57,003 nt of DNA, filler included, from Sphacelaria rigidula (GCA_964200075.2; 7 parts of 7 records of this genome joined end to end with filler, not necessarily neighbours in it); one strand, 5' to 3'; counted from the whole stretch's first letter, positions 12,124-25,549 are shown. The notes: generated from the letters alone by a model not told the origin. A program made the numbers and translations.

Positions 12124-14685
12124 TCCTCCGAGCTCGAAACTACGGTGCCAAGAGGGATCGGGTGAAGTCCCTCAAGCTCAAGGCGGCCATGAAAAACCCG
12201 GACGAGTTCTACTTTGCCATGCACAGGGCCAAAACAACGGATGGGGTGCACACGCTCGACGGCACCGAGTCTTTGCCACACGACGTTGTTCAGGTACACA
12301 AAGCCGAGAAATCACGCGCGGGGGGCAATGATCAGAACATACCATGCGGCAGGGGATGGGGGGGGAGGGTGGGGGGAGAGGTGTCAAGTAGGATATGGCC
12401 TCGCCGACTACTGTACATCACGTTGTCGACACGTTAATATGAGTGGTTGACCGTTCTGGCTGTGATGAAGGGTATACGAGTACCGCTCCTTGAACCAAAA
12501 GAACAAACGTCCTTCTCCCCGTCGTCGTTTTGCCTTTGTGATGTCTGACAACCCCTCAAACCACAGATGTTGAAAACCCAGGATCTGGGATACGTACACA
12601 CACGGCGAGCTGCGGACGAGCGGAAAGCAGCTAAACTGCGAGAGTCATTACATATGCTGGAGGCCGGGCCTCGAAATAAGCATACTATTTTCTTCGACTC
12701 GGAGAAAGATGCCAAACGGTAAGTTGTTTCAATAGAAGAGGAGAGCGCACGATTGCGAACAAGAGTCGGAGTTCATGATATTGTAGCACACCATGACAAC
12801 GCGTCCCGTTCGTAGTCTTCAACCTTTGATCTCTCAGGGTGGGAGATGTGACGCGAACGCGGACTGCCTGTGTCGTCTTGGTTGAGGCAGTCAGTCACCC
12901 TGTTCTGCTGGCTACAGTGAATTGTAGATACACGCCGCGCTGTGGTTTTCATCTTGCCCACGTCTGCCAGAATGGGTCAACTCGTGGTGTATCGTTTGTG
13001 ACCTCGTCCGGCTGGGCCAGGTACGAGACCGGACACCGAAGCAAGCGCCTCCGTCATCAAGTAATCTTCGGGTCGCCCGGCAACACGCCCGCTCTCATCG
13101 TTCCCCGCGCTGCCCTCTGCCACCCCTCTCGGCAGATTTGACGTTGCCGAACACTTCGATACCGTACCTGAGCTTGCGGGAAGGGCGTTCAATCGGCCAC
13201 GAACCAACACCTTGGAAACTGCCCAGGTGGAATGACGTATAGTGGGCTCGACCAATGCTTCGCTCATCTTACATATATTATTTTCGATGGCAATTTTTGT
13301 TCCTTCAATGTTGCTGATCAAGATTGAATGGGGCCTGTTTCTTTCTGTTTTTGTTTTTCGCCTCTCTTTTTCGGCATGGACGGCCTCTGCAGTATGCTGG
13401 CGTTCGTTTACGTCAGGCTGTATTTTTGACCTTCAGCCTGACGTTTCGGATGAGAGGGTGCGATGGTATTAATTCATTAACGATGAAAAATCGTTGATGT
13501 TGGGTATTCATGTGTTTGTCCGCTGTGATTGAAATAGTCGTGCTTTGTTGACTATCGTTTTTACATACGTGGTGCACGGACCACAGACGTGTGATACATA
13601 GTAAGCTGTACACCTTAAGTTGAGTTTCGTTGTCGGGTATACGCCGTCTACGACGGGGTTACAGGTGGGCCCTGATACAGTGTGACTTCAGAGTGCAGGA
13701 CACGTACTCATTCGCTGCTCTGTGTTGTTACCGTGCATGGGTTGTTTGGGGTCGCACGCTCCTCATCCCTAGGTGACGGGAGCGGCCAACAGAAAACAGA
13801 TGCGACGGCTACTCAAAAGGAAGGACGCGTCGTACAGCGAGCTCGTGCAGCGACTAGAGAGGGTAAGTATTTATTTATAACATGAACGAACGTTTGCGTA
13901 TCTTGTCGTAACCGTCTGGCACGCGTTATTCATTCTTGTATTCTTTAATGCCCGGGCTATTCGGCGCTCTTTTGGTAGGATCTACATTCTTCCCTGCGCA
14001 AGTGATCTTCCACTGTTTCATTACCCTAATGTTGCTCGTCGGCATTGATGTTAATGGATGAGGCTGAGTACGGGTGATGCGTCTAGGTAGTTTGTGTTCA
14101 TCGCCCGGCGAGTGATGACGCCTCGTCCAGTGATTAAGCAAACACGAACGCCAACGAGGCGGGGGCTAAGAGAGACGGCTAGGCTGGCTTGTTCACCATT
14201 CCTTTGGGGATCTCCAAATTCGACGAGTAAACGACGTCCCTGATCCAGTTTCAGGGGCCTTGATGCATGTGAAGCGAATTTCTCAACCCAGCCCCAAACC
14301 TACCTTGTCGTTTACTGTCGCCTCGCGTTAATCTATTACTCGCTTCTGCCGTTTCATTGGTTCTTCATCGACGGTCCCGGTCGCTTTTCGTTTATGGCTT
14401 ATTAATCCGGGTTTTGTCAATCTCTTGTGGCCATGTCTTTTTTCACGGTCCATCACGGTCCATCAATCAAGTTCGCTTCATGGAGTTTTCTTTTGATACC
14501 GTTACGTGATTTCGTTCGTGCATTTTTTTCGCGTTCGTGTGTAGGCGGACAAGATGAAGAAGGCGGAGCAACACTTGGTAGCGCAGCGGACGCTCATGAA
14601 CTCTAAGGGCACGAAGCGAAAAGTAAAGGACGCCGAGCATGGGCGACCGGCAGTGTACAAGTGGAAGAAGGAGCGAGCGAGCTGA
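12124..14685 (+). CDS. UTP11: U3 snoRNA-associated protein 11 (SSU processome); exons 12124-12293, 12567-12718, 13136-13226, 13773-13862, 14545-14685; 5' exon(s) not found
   Basis: Phase-compatible GT-AG exons give ..[97 protein letters not shown]. Confidence 0.93.
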
Positions 14686-15114
14686 TTGACGGTTGATGTA
14701 ATCCGATGCGGCACACGCCATCAGGATGGAATCCGATCTCCTATCAGATCTTTGGGCTGGCCAGCAATGGTAGTTTCTCGACAGCGCTGTCACTTACCGA
14801 AAGCTGTTGTATGTTGGTGTCTAGTTTCGTGTTTCTCTCGTGCTCGGGTGTGTCTGTTGGATGGATGTCGCTGTCGTGTGTATCTTGTGGAGTACTCTAT
14901 ATCCCCGGAGGTCAGCGAGGGGTATTCGAGGGTCAGGGTCACGATAGGCGAGCGATGACCTGACATGACGTGACATGATGCTTTTTTTTCATGGTGGTTG
15001 AAAGAAATATTATGGCCACGAAAATAGTTTTTTTTTGTGGATATAGTACGAGTACTGCCACACAGAAGGGAAGAACTCCTACAGATGTTTGTCGAGGACA
15101 AGAGCCTGTTCACA

Positions 15115-15200
15115 TTGGCAAACCCATGGGATGACCTCCGCACGCTTCGTGAGCAGAACGTCCCAGGTTCGAATCCCGGCTCCCACCAACGCGAAGTAAG
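15115..15200 (+). repeat. tRNA-derived fragment or SINE head
   Basis: B-box GGTTCGAATCCC followed by CTCCCACCA; the 5' half does not form a clean cloverleaf. Confidence 0.5.
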
Positions 15201-16317
15201 GAATCCCTCAGAGCCAACGGAGCAACAAGAAGTCTTGTGAACTCCACGAAATTGTTGGCTTGGCAAGCTGACAAACACAAGAAGACATGCGAAGAAAGAT
15301 GTACAAATATCCCAAGCACCAACGGACTAAAGGGGGTACTTCTCCCAAGCTCTTCCCGTCAGATGTTGATACCGTGCACGACACAGACAAGGAAAAAAAA
15401 TTATCATTGTCGGGCGAGGAGAGGACCACCTTTGGGCAAAAATGATGTTAATACAGAACAGACATGCCGCGAGAAGTTACCGCGTGGCTTGTGCAGTCTT
15501 GCAAGTTAACTTCCGAGCATCATCCTATCGGTCGCTTATTTCACGTTTTGAAATTCTCGACCTCCTCTTGAGTAGTCCTCGTCATGCCAACCGCTTGTGG
15601 CGGATAACTTTGTGTGCAGTAAGCTTCATGTGATTGAAAGTCACGTCGATACTGGGGTTTGCGTACATGGTTCGGCCGACTGTCTTATTCATCAGTTGTG
15701 GCAAGAGTAATACTTCCTCTGTCCCACAAGATAAGTCCGTTTGGAGGTTTCGCCGCATTTCTCGTGCGTATTTTCGGCTTTTCCTGAGCGTTTATTTGTT
15801 GTTCTTGTGAAGTTTAGGAGCAGAATTCAAAACCGAGACTTTTGCCAAGCCCCTAATAAACAAGCAGCAACACTCACGGTGATCAGAGTGTGTCGGTCGT
15901 GCACGACCGGAATCTACCGGTTGACAACCTTCTTATCGACTTTTGGAGAAACGGTTTTCTTATAGTTCCCGAGGCGTTTCGGAAAACCGCCCGAAACCGC
16001 CATCTTTCAGTCTGCCACCACCACAACACTGTTTGAGCACGCAGCAGTCCGTACATACCGGATTCGGGGGTATACGCGCCAATCCCGGGGACAAAATCAT
16101 GTTGTCCCCGGGTCCGGAGGGTCTTCTTGTTCTCACACCTGTTCCCAACACCTCGAAACACACTACCGTGGGTCTGAGCATCGAAAAAAACGTTCTTCAT
16201 ACCCCCCGTATCGTACANNNNNNNNNNNNNNNNNNNNNNNNNNNNNNNNNNNNNNNNNNNNTTAATTAATTAANNNNNNNNNNNNNNNNNNNNNNNNNNN
16301 NNNNNNNNNNNNNNNNN

Positions 16318-16480
16318 CGGCGAGTCGCATAAACATGAGCTGCATCCTGCTAAGATTGTTCGGCCCGAAGCCTACTGATTATCTTGCATTTGGATGACAG
16401 CCTCCAACGAGTTGCTTTATTTTTTGGTGTCGCCACTTCGAAAAATAGCCACGGCTTATGCACTGCCTCATGGGTGCGTC
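16318..16480 (+). repeat. Dispersed repeat family A; copies also at ~21460-21760 (+), ~34440-34620 (-), ~34830-35140 (-), partial at ~39520-39605 and ~49100-49160
   Basis: This copy shares gcatc(c/t)tgctaagattgttcggcccgaagcc...tatcttgcatttggatgac with the 21.5-kb copy; the other copies share acctcgcatccctac(a/g)aagccgggacg or variants. Confidence 0.85.
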
Positions 16481-16494
16481 ACCAGAGGGGGGGG

Positions 16495-16570
16495 AGGGGG
16501 GGCGTACTGATATGTTGCTTGCCTCAGTCGTTTGACCATTGACCACGCATCTCTTTCGAGACGGAGCACC
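16495..16570 (+). repeat. Dispersed repeat family B; also ~40060-40140, ~51568-51645 and ~38485-38530 (-)
   Basis: G-run followed by gcgta(c/t)t...tgttgc(t/g)tgcct...gtcgtt...ttgac(c/t)acgcatc(c/t)ctttcga(g/a)acgg. Confidence 0.75.
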
Positions 16571-17182
16571 GTTTCTACTCCTGATAGAGACACCTCAAAC
16601 ACTTCGGTGCTCATTACGTTTTTTCCATACACTACAAAAACCTTTTACATAACTTATTCCCTTCCTGTTTCGCCGTCTGTGGCCACTATCTATATCCTCC
16701 TACGATAAGGGGGGGCGGGGGCGGGGGGGGGGTATATTGGACCATTTATCCCACGAAATTTCACTTCAAATCGCCGTTGATAGCAGCAACGATTGTTCAA
16801 ACACGCTCGTTGCCGATAAATAGCCCTTATTCATACTGCTCGACACCGTTTTACCCAAGCTACAGGCGCACCGCGAGTGTGTTGAGTTATCTGACACACC
16901 TATGAGCCCTTGTTTTTTCCTTGAAATCAAACACCTCCCCCCCTCCCTCCCCGCGCACGCGCCCCTATCGTACCATGATTCCCCAATTAAGTTCGAAGAT
17001 TAGGGGTTCGCGTCCCATTCGATGCAACATGGGTTTTCTCCTGACAAGGATCTGTTTTCCATTGTTGGAGTGAGGGTCGTGAGGACGTGGGTAGCAAATA
17101 ATGTTAGTGTAACGCGAGTCGACGGTGCGAGAGTGGTCATCATCCAATCCGCAATACCAAAATGTAATGCGTGTACAGTACC

Positions 17183-17525
17183 GGTCGCCCCGGTGGCTCA
17201 GTTGGTAACCTCGAGACCTTCTGACGCGTGGGTCGTGAGTTCGAATCTCGGAGCGATCTGGGATTTTTTCTCACACAACGCCCAACAGTGGAGAGCGACT
17301 ACTGTATGTCGTCGGTACACAAAACTCGACTTAATGGTCGACGAGGGAGAGGGACTGCTGAACCCCTCTCGCGATAGAAAATACAGGCAAGCACCGCAGA
17401 AGGAAGGTGGAGAACTAAAAACGAACAAAATTAAGAAAAAAAATGTGTCGGTGCTCCTCCTGTGTGACCCCGGCTGGTGCGCCCACACATACCGAAGGGT
17501 GTAGACCGGCGTCCAGAACAAATGG
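17183..17525 (+). mobile_element. tRNA-derived SINE (second copy at 52287-52620)
   Basis: A-box TGGCTCAGTTGG and B-box GTTCGAATC, then a ~260-bp body shared with the 52.3-kb copy. Confidence 0.85.
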
Positions 17526-17597
17526 GACGAAAACACAGGGTGAGAGATCGGGTCGGTTAAATGTGCATCGAAAAATATACATGCTTGGCGTTCTCAC

Positions 17598-19070
17598 CTT
17601 GCCTTTCATCCGCGAAGCACTGTCAGGATTCGCGAAGGGGTTGAACTTTGCCGCCTCCGATGCGGGCACCGCCCGACCTGCCGTCACCACCGTGGTACCA
17701 ATCGCAGTAGTCCCCTCTGAGATCTTGTGCTGCAACGCCGTATCGTACGAAACCTTACCCTCCGACGAAATGTCCTGCGCTATCGTATCTATTGATAATT
17801 TTGTGGGAGAAAGAGGAAGAACCGCATCGAGCAGTGGTTGCGCTAGTGCTGCTCGCGATACAGCACCTGAAACAGTAGCCGCTGGAGGAGCACTCCTTTG
17901 TTCGGACACATCGGAACTCGACTGACCAGCTGTGGCGTTTCTCGGCTTCTCCAAAGTATCCTGCTGTTGTTTGGTTGCTTCGCGTCTACACTCTGCTATC
18001 GGCAATATTGCCGGCGTCGGCAGCGACGGCAGCGCTGACGGCCAAGCATCACACGATGAAGGTGCGCATGGGCATGTTGCAGTAGCCGGTACCGGCGAAG
18101 ATGATTGTGGTGGTGACGAACCCAACATTCCTTCGGAGACGGGGTGTTGGGGCCCCTGGACGGGGGAAGTGGGCGGTGAAACGCCGGGAAACAGCTGCCG
18201 AAGTCTGGCTGAGTTGGTGGTGTCACCAAACGAGCTATTACTTGCACCGGCGGTTGATTGGAAAGTGTTGCCGGCAAGGGAATATGTGGACATTTGGAGC
18301 GAGTCCATCGTCCCTAGAAGAGACGAAGACCAGCTGTTGGTGCTGAAATTATGACTGCCCTCGAGCACAGTAGAAGACTCGGTGTGAGCACCGTCGGGCA
18401 ATGAAACTGTTACCTCCGGGGAAACCGTCCGCCCCTGCGACACAGTAAAAGCATTTCCGACACCGTCACCATCACCAACACCGCCACCGTCAACACCACC
18501 GCTGAGACCAGAGAATGAGAATTCCGCACGAGTCGTTGAGCACTGAGCTGGTGATGATGTCATCGTCATCGGTGTAAGGCATTTCAGATCCCAATCTTCC
18601 TCCGCACGTTGGCTACTCATTTTCCCGCAGCCTGCCATCCCCAGCTCGCCCAGACGTCCACTCCCCCCAATCTCACCCACGTACCCTGCTCTGCTGCAGT
18701 CTCCGCCAATTGTAGTAATAGCATGACTCGTGGGTGTATTCACCTCGTCGAAAGAATCGAACGGGTTGCTGCTATCCTTCGTCGGTTCTGGAGGCACCTG
18801 GATCTTGTTTTCCTCCCACACCAATGACGGTGCTCGAGGGCTTGAGTTGCTATTACTGCCAAACGGCACTGCGTCGATCCTGATTTCTTCCGAAGCGATC
18901 GCACCTGGTGTATTTTCCTCGACGCTCCCGCGATGGGCTTCACCGTGGTCTTCATCATCGTCGCTAGACGAATCGAAAGGGTTGCCTTCCCGTGCCCCAA
19001 ACGCCGCGGCCTGAGTAGTAGTCACGAGAGAGGAGAGAGACGTGGGGCCTGATAGGTCGGGATACATCAT
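17598..19070 (-). CDS. Large S/T/P-rich exon of an unknown multi-exon gene with NPF motifs
   Basis: ~490-codon open frame ending at donor AAG|GTGAGA (17598); three NPF motifs. The 5' boundary is uncertain. Confidence 0.65.
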
Positions 19071-19399
19071 TTTCGGGAGAAGTCACAACCGGCAATAACG
19101 TCGATCGCTCTTGGCATTTACTCCAATAGCTCCATCTCTTTCGCAATATGTGCCTGTATGAGGCACAATCAAACAACATGGGGGAAGAGTTCGGCAGACG
19201 GAATGTTCCAGGGGAAGGGCGACCGGAGTTCGTTTTGCCAACGTGAAGACGTGATGGAGCTAATATTGCCACCCCTTCTGCCGGAGACGGCGTAGTGCGA
19301 GAAACAAGATGAAGCGGGGTCTAACTCGCCGCGTGTAGCTACGGATATAACATCGCGGCATGTTGTGTTCACTGCGAGGTCAACGTTTTCGAGCAAAGT

Positions 19400-22300
19400 G
19401 AGATTTTGCGCCCCAGAATGCCCTTCCCTTTCCCCCTATTCTCGGACGACTCGCATGCGAACTCTGCGTTCCGGAGATTCCCGGGAGTAGGAGTCCGGTT
19501 GCGCCCCACGCTCCAACGTCTGTTTCAAGGTTCATGGATGCAGCCCGACCGATTTCGGGTGTTGGTGCTGCTTCGAGAGACTGGTTTGTTTCCGTCGTTG
19601 TTGTTGCCGGTGGCTTCAGTTGGTCTTGCGATAAGATACAGACGTCGTCGCCTGATGCTGAGCTCTTATCGTGCGGTGGTTCGGCAGGGGCGGGGGCGGG
19701 AGCGGCGACGGAAGTTCCTTTTCCCCCCACGAACGCCGGGAGCTCGAGGCGCAGATGCATGATGGACATGAATTTTTCCACCTGTCGAAGAAGTAGAAAA
19801 TAATTGCTTCAAGATTAAATGAACGCCAGATTACCTTTTGCACTGTTTATTTACTCTTAGACTTCGAGGTCGGGACACGTTCTTGAGGAAAATGGGCTTT
19901 TTGACCGCGAGAACGCGGTTCGCCGATGATGTCTCATTTGATGCCTAGGAAAATATCTTGCTCGGGCGCAGCGGCAACGACGGTTCGGTTTTGCACAGTG
20001 TATCCGCTACATGAACGAGATTAGGTTGGCGTGCGCGGGATGAGGTACCGCGGACCACCCGACGAACACACCGATGCTTTGTGCCGCTTCGATTCTAAAG
20101 TGGCGTATAACGACACTGTGCCGTCAACCCGCTGTTTCACGCTAACTCTATGTCATGTTGTGCGGTTGTACGTCCGACGTTCGGACAAAACAACGTTAGA
20201 CCCGCCCACCCCTCAAGCACACATTGTGTTAGATTGTCGGTGCCGCGTATCTGTGCGAATCACATCGCAGTAGGCTCTGCATGATTTCTCAGCATGGTCG
20301 CGCTTACTGTACATTTTAATGTTTTCCGTCGTTTGATCCGCCGCCCTCTCTCGAGTACGCAGTATGTTCGATTGTTGGTCTCCTGCATTTGTGCGAATCA
20401 CATGGCATTGGCTTCTGCATGATTCCAACAATGTATGGTCCCAACTATTATATAGTGCGATGGTAGAGTCGTTGTTCGACTTCAAGTTTATATATTATCT
20501 AGATTTTTTGCCGATATTTCATTGAATACCTTTTTTTTCTATGAATTAATCCCATTCGGATGCCGCCTGAAATTACAGCAACTGAATTGCCTCGCAACCT
20601 ACAGGTGCCGTCTATCCGGTTATACTGAGAGTTTGCCTCACCTAGTGGGAGCTGTTGGTGCTCACCTTTTCACTCGTCGAGATCGTCGTGCTGGTTTTCG
20701 CAGGCGAACACTTCTATCGAGAAGTAAATATTTCGTACGAAGGACAACACCGGCTCACAAAAGACGTGTCGGGGTGGGTTATCGTGAACACCGCTTGTCA
20801 CCCCACCCTCTCACCCACCCGCACCCCCTCCCCTCAGCATGGCAGCTGGTTGTCCGCACCTGGTGTTCGATTACCAAGGCCAGCTGCGCAGACTTTGGCG
20901 TCACCAGCAAAACGTTCTTTTTCACGACAATACAAAGCGTACGTCGGTTATCGCGGAGCGTAGGGAGGAAGGACGGAAGGGCTAGTAAGCAGAAATCAAA
21001 TGAACCCATTCAAAAACTATACATGCGCTGGTAGTTGCTAAGAACAGGCACGTGTGGCGGGCTGTCAACTCCATATCGTAGCAGAGCACGTAAAATCAAC
21101 ACGGGTGGAAAGTATTTCCCCATGGCTACCTTGAGCCCTTTCGGCACTGTTCTCTACAGTCTCCGCGTCAGGCACCCCATAATTCACAAACGTCATACAG
21201 CTGCGAAGAGAACGCAAAAAGCATCAACAACCATATGGCACGTGTATACCACGCAGGCAGCCCGCTGAAGTCGGGTCAGTTTCGTCGGATAGTAGCACGC
21301 TCGGAGTGAGCGTGTCCTATAGTATTGATGTGTACAATTTGTTCATTGTAGTACCTACATATCTTAAGTACAAACCGTCGATGTCAATGCTCTACACTCC
21401 CTGGTGCATCAAGTCATGTTTGTGTTATGACCGCTAGCACGGTTGAGTCATGCCGCAGTAGGGGTGTACTCATAATCATGCATGCCATAGTCGTATGGCC
21501 ATTGACCTCGCATCCCTACAAAGCCGGGACGAAGCAAGCCGGGTTTTCGCTGGACCAGGCTCGCACTCAATCACCAAGCGCGAAGTGCCATGGTGTGTTC
21601 GACGAGTCTCATGAAGGGTGAGTTGCATCTTGCTAAGATTGTTCGGCCCGAAGCCTGCTAATTATCTTGCATTTGGATGACTGCCTACAATGAGTTGCTT
21701 CGTTTTCTGGTATCGCCACTTCCAGAGGCAGCCACAGCTTATAGCCTCATGGGCGTCTCACCATCGCCACAATAGGGAGGGGGTGCACAAAACATTTCCC
21801 AGCTTTGAACCGTTCGGAGTCCCTCATATCACCCAAAAAACTACTCATGAATCATGTTTGTTACAGCACGCCACGATAACACTCCAATGGACTCGGCATG
21901 TTTCGAATGGATTTTGACACGAGAGTGTCTCGACTCATATTCTCGTTTAGCTCCTAGCTTCAGGAGCCCCTCAATTAGAAATATCTGGGCCCAAATTTGC
22001 AACCCTTGCCATGGCATGAATCGGCTGTTAGCTGCATCGTTCATTGTATCGTCCGTGCAGAGATGGAGGAGCCGTCTCCGGCACGTTTAGAAGAATCCAT
22101 CCGAAAAAGTAGGACGTACTCGCCTAACCGAAGTTCTATTAAATCCAGCTCACGAACAGCCGATCATGGAAATTGAGGACGGAGCTTTTCGGTGAGGATG
22201 CTGAACGCAAGTCTTCGAGATATGGTTCCATTCCTTCATCTGCTGGTAGCTATTGACAATTACTACACGCCGCAAACGTTTAGATTCCGATTACCAAAAT

Positions 22301-23790
22301 TCGGGGGTCCTAGGCGAAAAACAAATGTTGAGAATTTAAGTGATCCGGCCGGATCACCTAAATTCCCAAATTTTGTTTTTCATCTAGGACCCCCGAATTT
22401 CGATAATCGGAATCTATATTTGTATGGCGTGTTGTAGCTATCAATAGCTACCAGCAGAGGAAGGAATGGAACGATATCTCGAAGAATTGGCGTGGATGCG
22501 AAGGTTTGAATTTTCCGGTTGATCATCCTCAACGACACGCTCCCTCCTCAATTTCGATGATCGGCCATTTACGACTGCGACATATCGGAGGGTATTACAA
22601 GGTACCAGGGCACGACCACAAGCGTAGTGCAGTGCCACTTGTAGGTCGTGTTCACTGCTGCCACGTGGTGCCGATACCCATATCGGTCGATGCTGATGGC
22701 GGTGGGCGTACTCTTCGAGGAGGCTGCTGGGTGAGGATGCACCACTGGCTGTTTTGTGAATGTCTGAACTAATGTAAGTTGCACTGGGTGTGCATGTACA
22801 GGAGACAGGGAAGTGACCAACCATGCGTACCAATTTCAAACCTGCCTCGCATGCGTAAATCTGGAAATCCTGCATTTGGGAGATAGTATTGGATGATCCA
22901 TCGTTTTATTTGTATGGGTGGAAATATTGAATGAGAAATACTGTAGGGAAAAAAATCAACCATACCTGGAGAAGAGACGTCAGTCACAAATTGTCAATGC
23001 AAAAGTGCTCAGTACCGAATGGGTTACGTAGCTGTACTTTGCACGGGTGAAAAGCCAACGACTTGAAATACTGCGATCTGGAGGTTATGTACTGTATGCC
23101 AATCCCAACATCACACAAGACACAAGTTTGGGTACAGGTGATCAACATTGAATGCCAGGTGGACCCTCGACCGTGCGAGATTAGACAGACTTTTCGACCT
23201 GGCAAAATCAACAGAGTTCCTCCTTTCAGACGTGCATTCGATTTTCAATTGATGTTTGTCGTGAAAACAAGTCCTTATCAACGGTAACTGGGGTTCGATG
23301 GAATATATTTCTTGACGTCCACTATTTTCAATTATTTAGGTGCTCACAAGAATATATGAAAACGACACGCTTCCACTTCACAAATACGACATCAACACCG
23401 TACTTGAAACATCTCGAGAATGATGTGTCGCACACGTACGCATGCACACACAACACACTCATAATCGTTTACAGTACACCATACCTCTTTTTGTGTGAAG
23501 TTATCGTCAGCGAAGCACTGAATCGCAAGCCCAGTACTCCCTTCATGCAAATCCACCAGAGTCCACTTGAAGAAATCCGTATACCCCCAAAACCTCAGTC
23601 GAGCACCCGCATCACCGCAGGTCGCGGAGGCACTGCATCGCCCTCCCCAACTCTTCTTGCGTCCCACAGTACCTGCCGCCCCACACCCGCCACCAGATTT
23701 GGAACTAGGACTCGTAGCGGTTGAAGAATTTTCCACGCCTTCCAGTCGGAGTTCCAATCCCATGCTCCCGATGTGCACGGTGGCCAAGCT
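19400..23790 (-). CDS. Candidate upstream exons of the same unknown gene (~19400-19781, ~20666-20713, ~20859-20930, ~23490-23790); structure uncertain
   Basis: Acceptor CTTCGACAG|GTG at 19781; donors AAG|GTGAGC and CAG|GTGCGG; coding-like RLRFWGYTDFFKWTLVDLHEG. Confidence 0.4.
22212..22485. repeat. Foldback (palindromic) element, family shared with 28237-28693
   Basis: Near-continuous inverted repeat centred on GATCCGGCCGGATC (~22348). Confidence 0.88.
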
Positions 23791-24283
23791 ATCAGGTCCG
23801 TAGCTACCCCCGTTTTTAGACCAGCGTGCCTGAATTGATTGTTCAACCACGGGGAGATGGCGGGGTGAGGGTTGAGGGGTAATTCATGCCCGACTAAAGC
23901 TCTCGAAAATGATGCTCCATCATCATGGGTATTACTTGCAGAACGGCTTCGAGTGATAGGTTTAACCTCGCTGACAACATGATGCTTCATGAGGTACTTC
24001 CACGGCATGGACAACGAGTGAGGCAAACACAGCTCCGGAAGGATAAAAAATGTGTCGTTTTCATACCCCATGAGTCACAATTCGTAGTTTTAAAACGTTT
24101 TGGGTCCACCCCGGACCCCCCGAACCCTCAACCCCTCTCGTTGCTATACTACTGTCAGACACCGTCAGTAAAACAAAAATCGGCCATCGAATATCGGTAA
24201 TTGCTCTATCAGGATCATTACTTGATTCCCTTGATGAGGAGTCAATGGTGTTACGGCCATGACAATGTGGGATGAGGAAATGC

Positions 24284-24318
<35 letters not shown>

Positions 24319-24572
24319 CGGTCACCCCCCTACCTCTAATCCATTTTGACCTCACCCACACCCTCCCCCCGCCCCNNNNNNNNNNNNNNNNNNNNNNNNN
24401 NNNNNNNNNNNNNNNNNNNTTAATTAATTAANNNNNNNNNNNNNNNNNNNNNNNNNNNNNNNNNNNNNNNNNNNNCCTATCGTAGGATGACTCACATGCT
24501 CTCCAAAAAACGTCAACCTCAAGGGGCAGCGAATTCTCCGCTAATTGAGCATGAAAATGTCCCATCATCCAA

Positions 24573-25484
24573 TGTCACTTTTGCCCAAGATCATGGCTAC
24601 GTCCTGCAGTCACATCATATCACACTAGCCTCCAATGGGTAAAGCAATTGCAGGAGAACGCAGTGAAACGAGGTTGCTTTACCCACACATTCCATTTCCC
24701 CACACCACAGAAAAAATAAATAAATAAATAAGGTACCAAAATAAAAAGAAAGTGTGAGACACGTTAAGGGGGGAGTACTGTGACGGTGACTTAGAGGGCG
24801 ACACGATATATGGCAAAAAAAGAACAATCCGAAGGGTGTGAAAAACACAAGAATCGACAACCTTCGGAAGAGTAGCGCCAGAAGCTGCGAAATATCCGGG
24901 AATCTAGGACAAATCCACCATAAAAAACAACACTTAAGCAGCAAAAAAAACAAGCCGCTAGTCTATCCGCTACAAAATCTTGATATAAAGCTTGACTGCT
25001 ATCATGCGAAGGGGAAATCATGTCCCAATAGACGTTCAGTTCCGCTGTCAGAGTTTGTTAAGCAGCCCGCCAAGGCGTTTCACAGTACCGGGGAATCACG
25101 AACGATCGTACACTTCGTTCATCAGTAGAACGCGACGGTGTTGAATGCTCCAGCGGGAAAAAAAAATCGCTGAGCGAAAGACACCGGAAACCAAAATCAA
25201 CATGCAGCCGTGAGGCAACATGATGCACCAGCGTGACGATGAAGGGCGGCCCATCGAATTGAAAAGGTGCCCATATCGTCCCACAAAGTGTCAACGAATA
25301 ACACATAACCGTAGGAGATAAATCCAAGGCGGTTAATCCGATGCGTTCGTCGTGAACCACGGTAAGTATACAGAAAGAGGGGCCGATGCGGTCCGCTCTT
25401 AGATACATGCCCGTTCAGACGAGAAAATCTGTTGTCACTTTTGCCCAAGATCATGGCTACGTCCTGCAGTCACATCATATCACA
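24573..25484 (+). repeat. Identical 52-bp direct repeats (24573-24624, 25433-25484)
   Basis: tgtcacttttgcccaagatcatggctacgtcctgcagtcacatcatatcaca occurs twice. Confidence 0.85.
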
Positions 25485-25549
25485 TAAGTTCATTTGTATC
25501 TCGATTGATGGGTAATAATAGGGTGCTTATTATCATCTTAGTACATGTA

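Noticed and set aside
17183-17260. Functional tRNA genes at 17183, 52287 and ~15120
   Set aside because: The stems are imperfect, and two continue into a shared repeat body; they are SINE heads or fragments.
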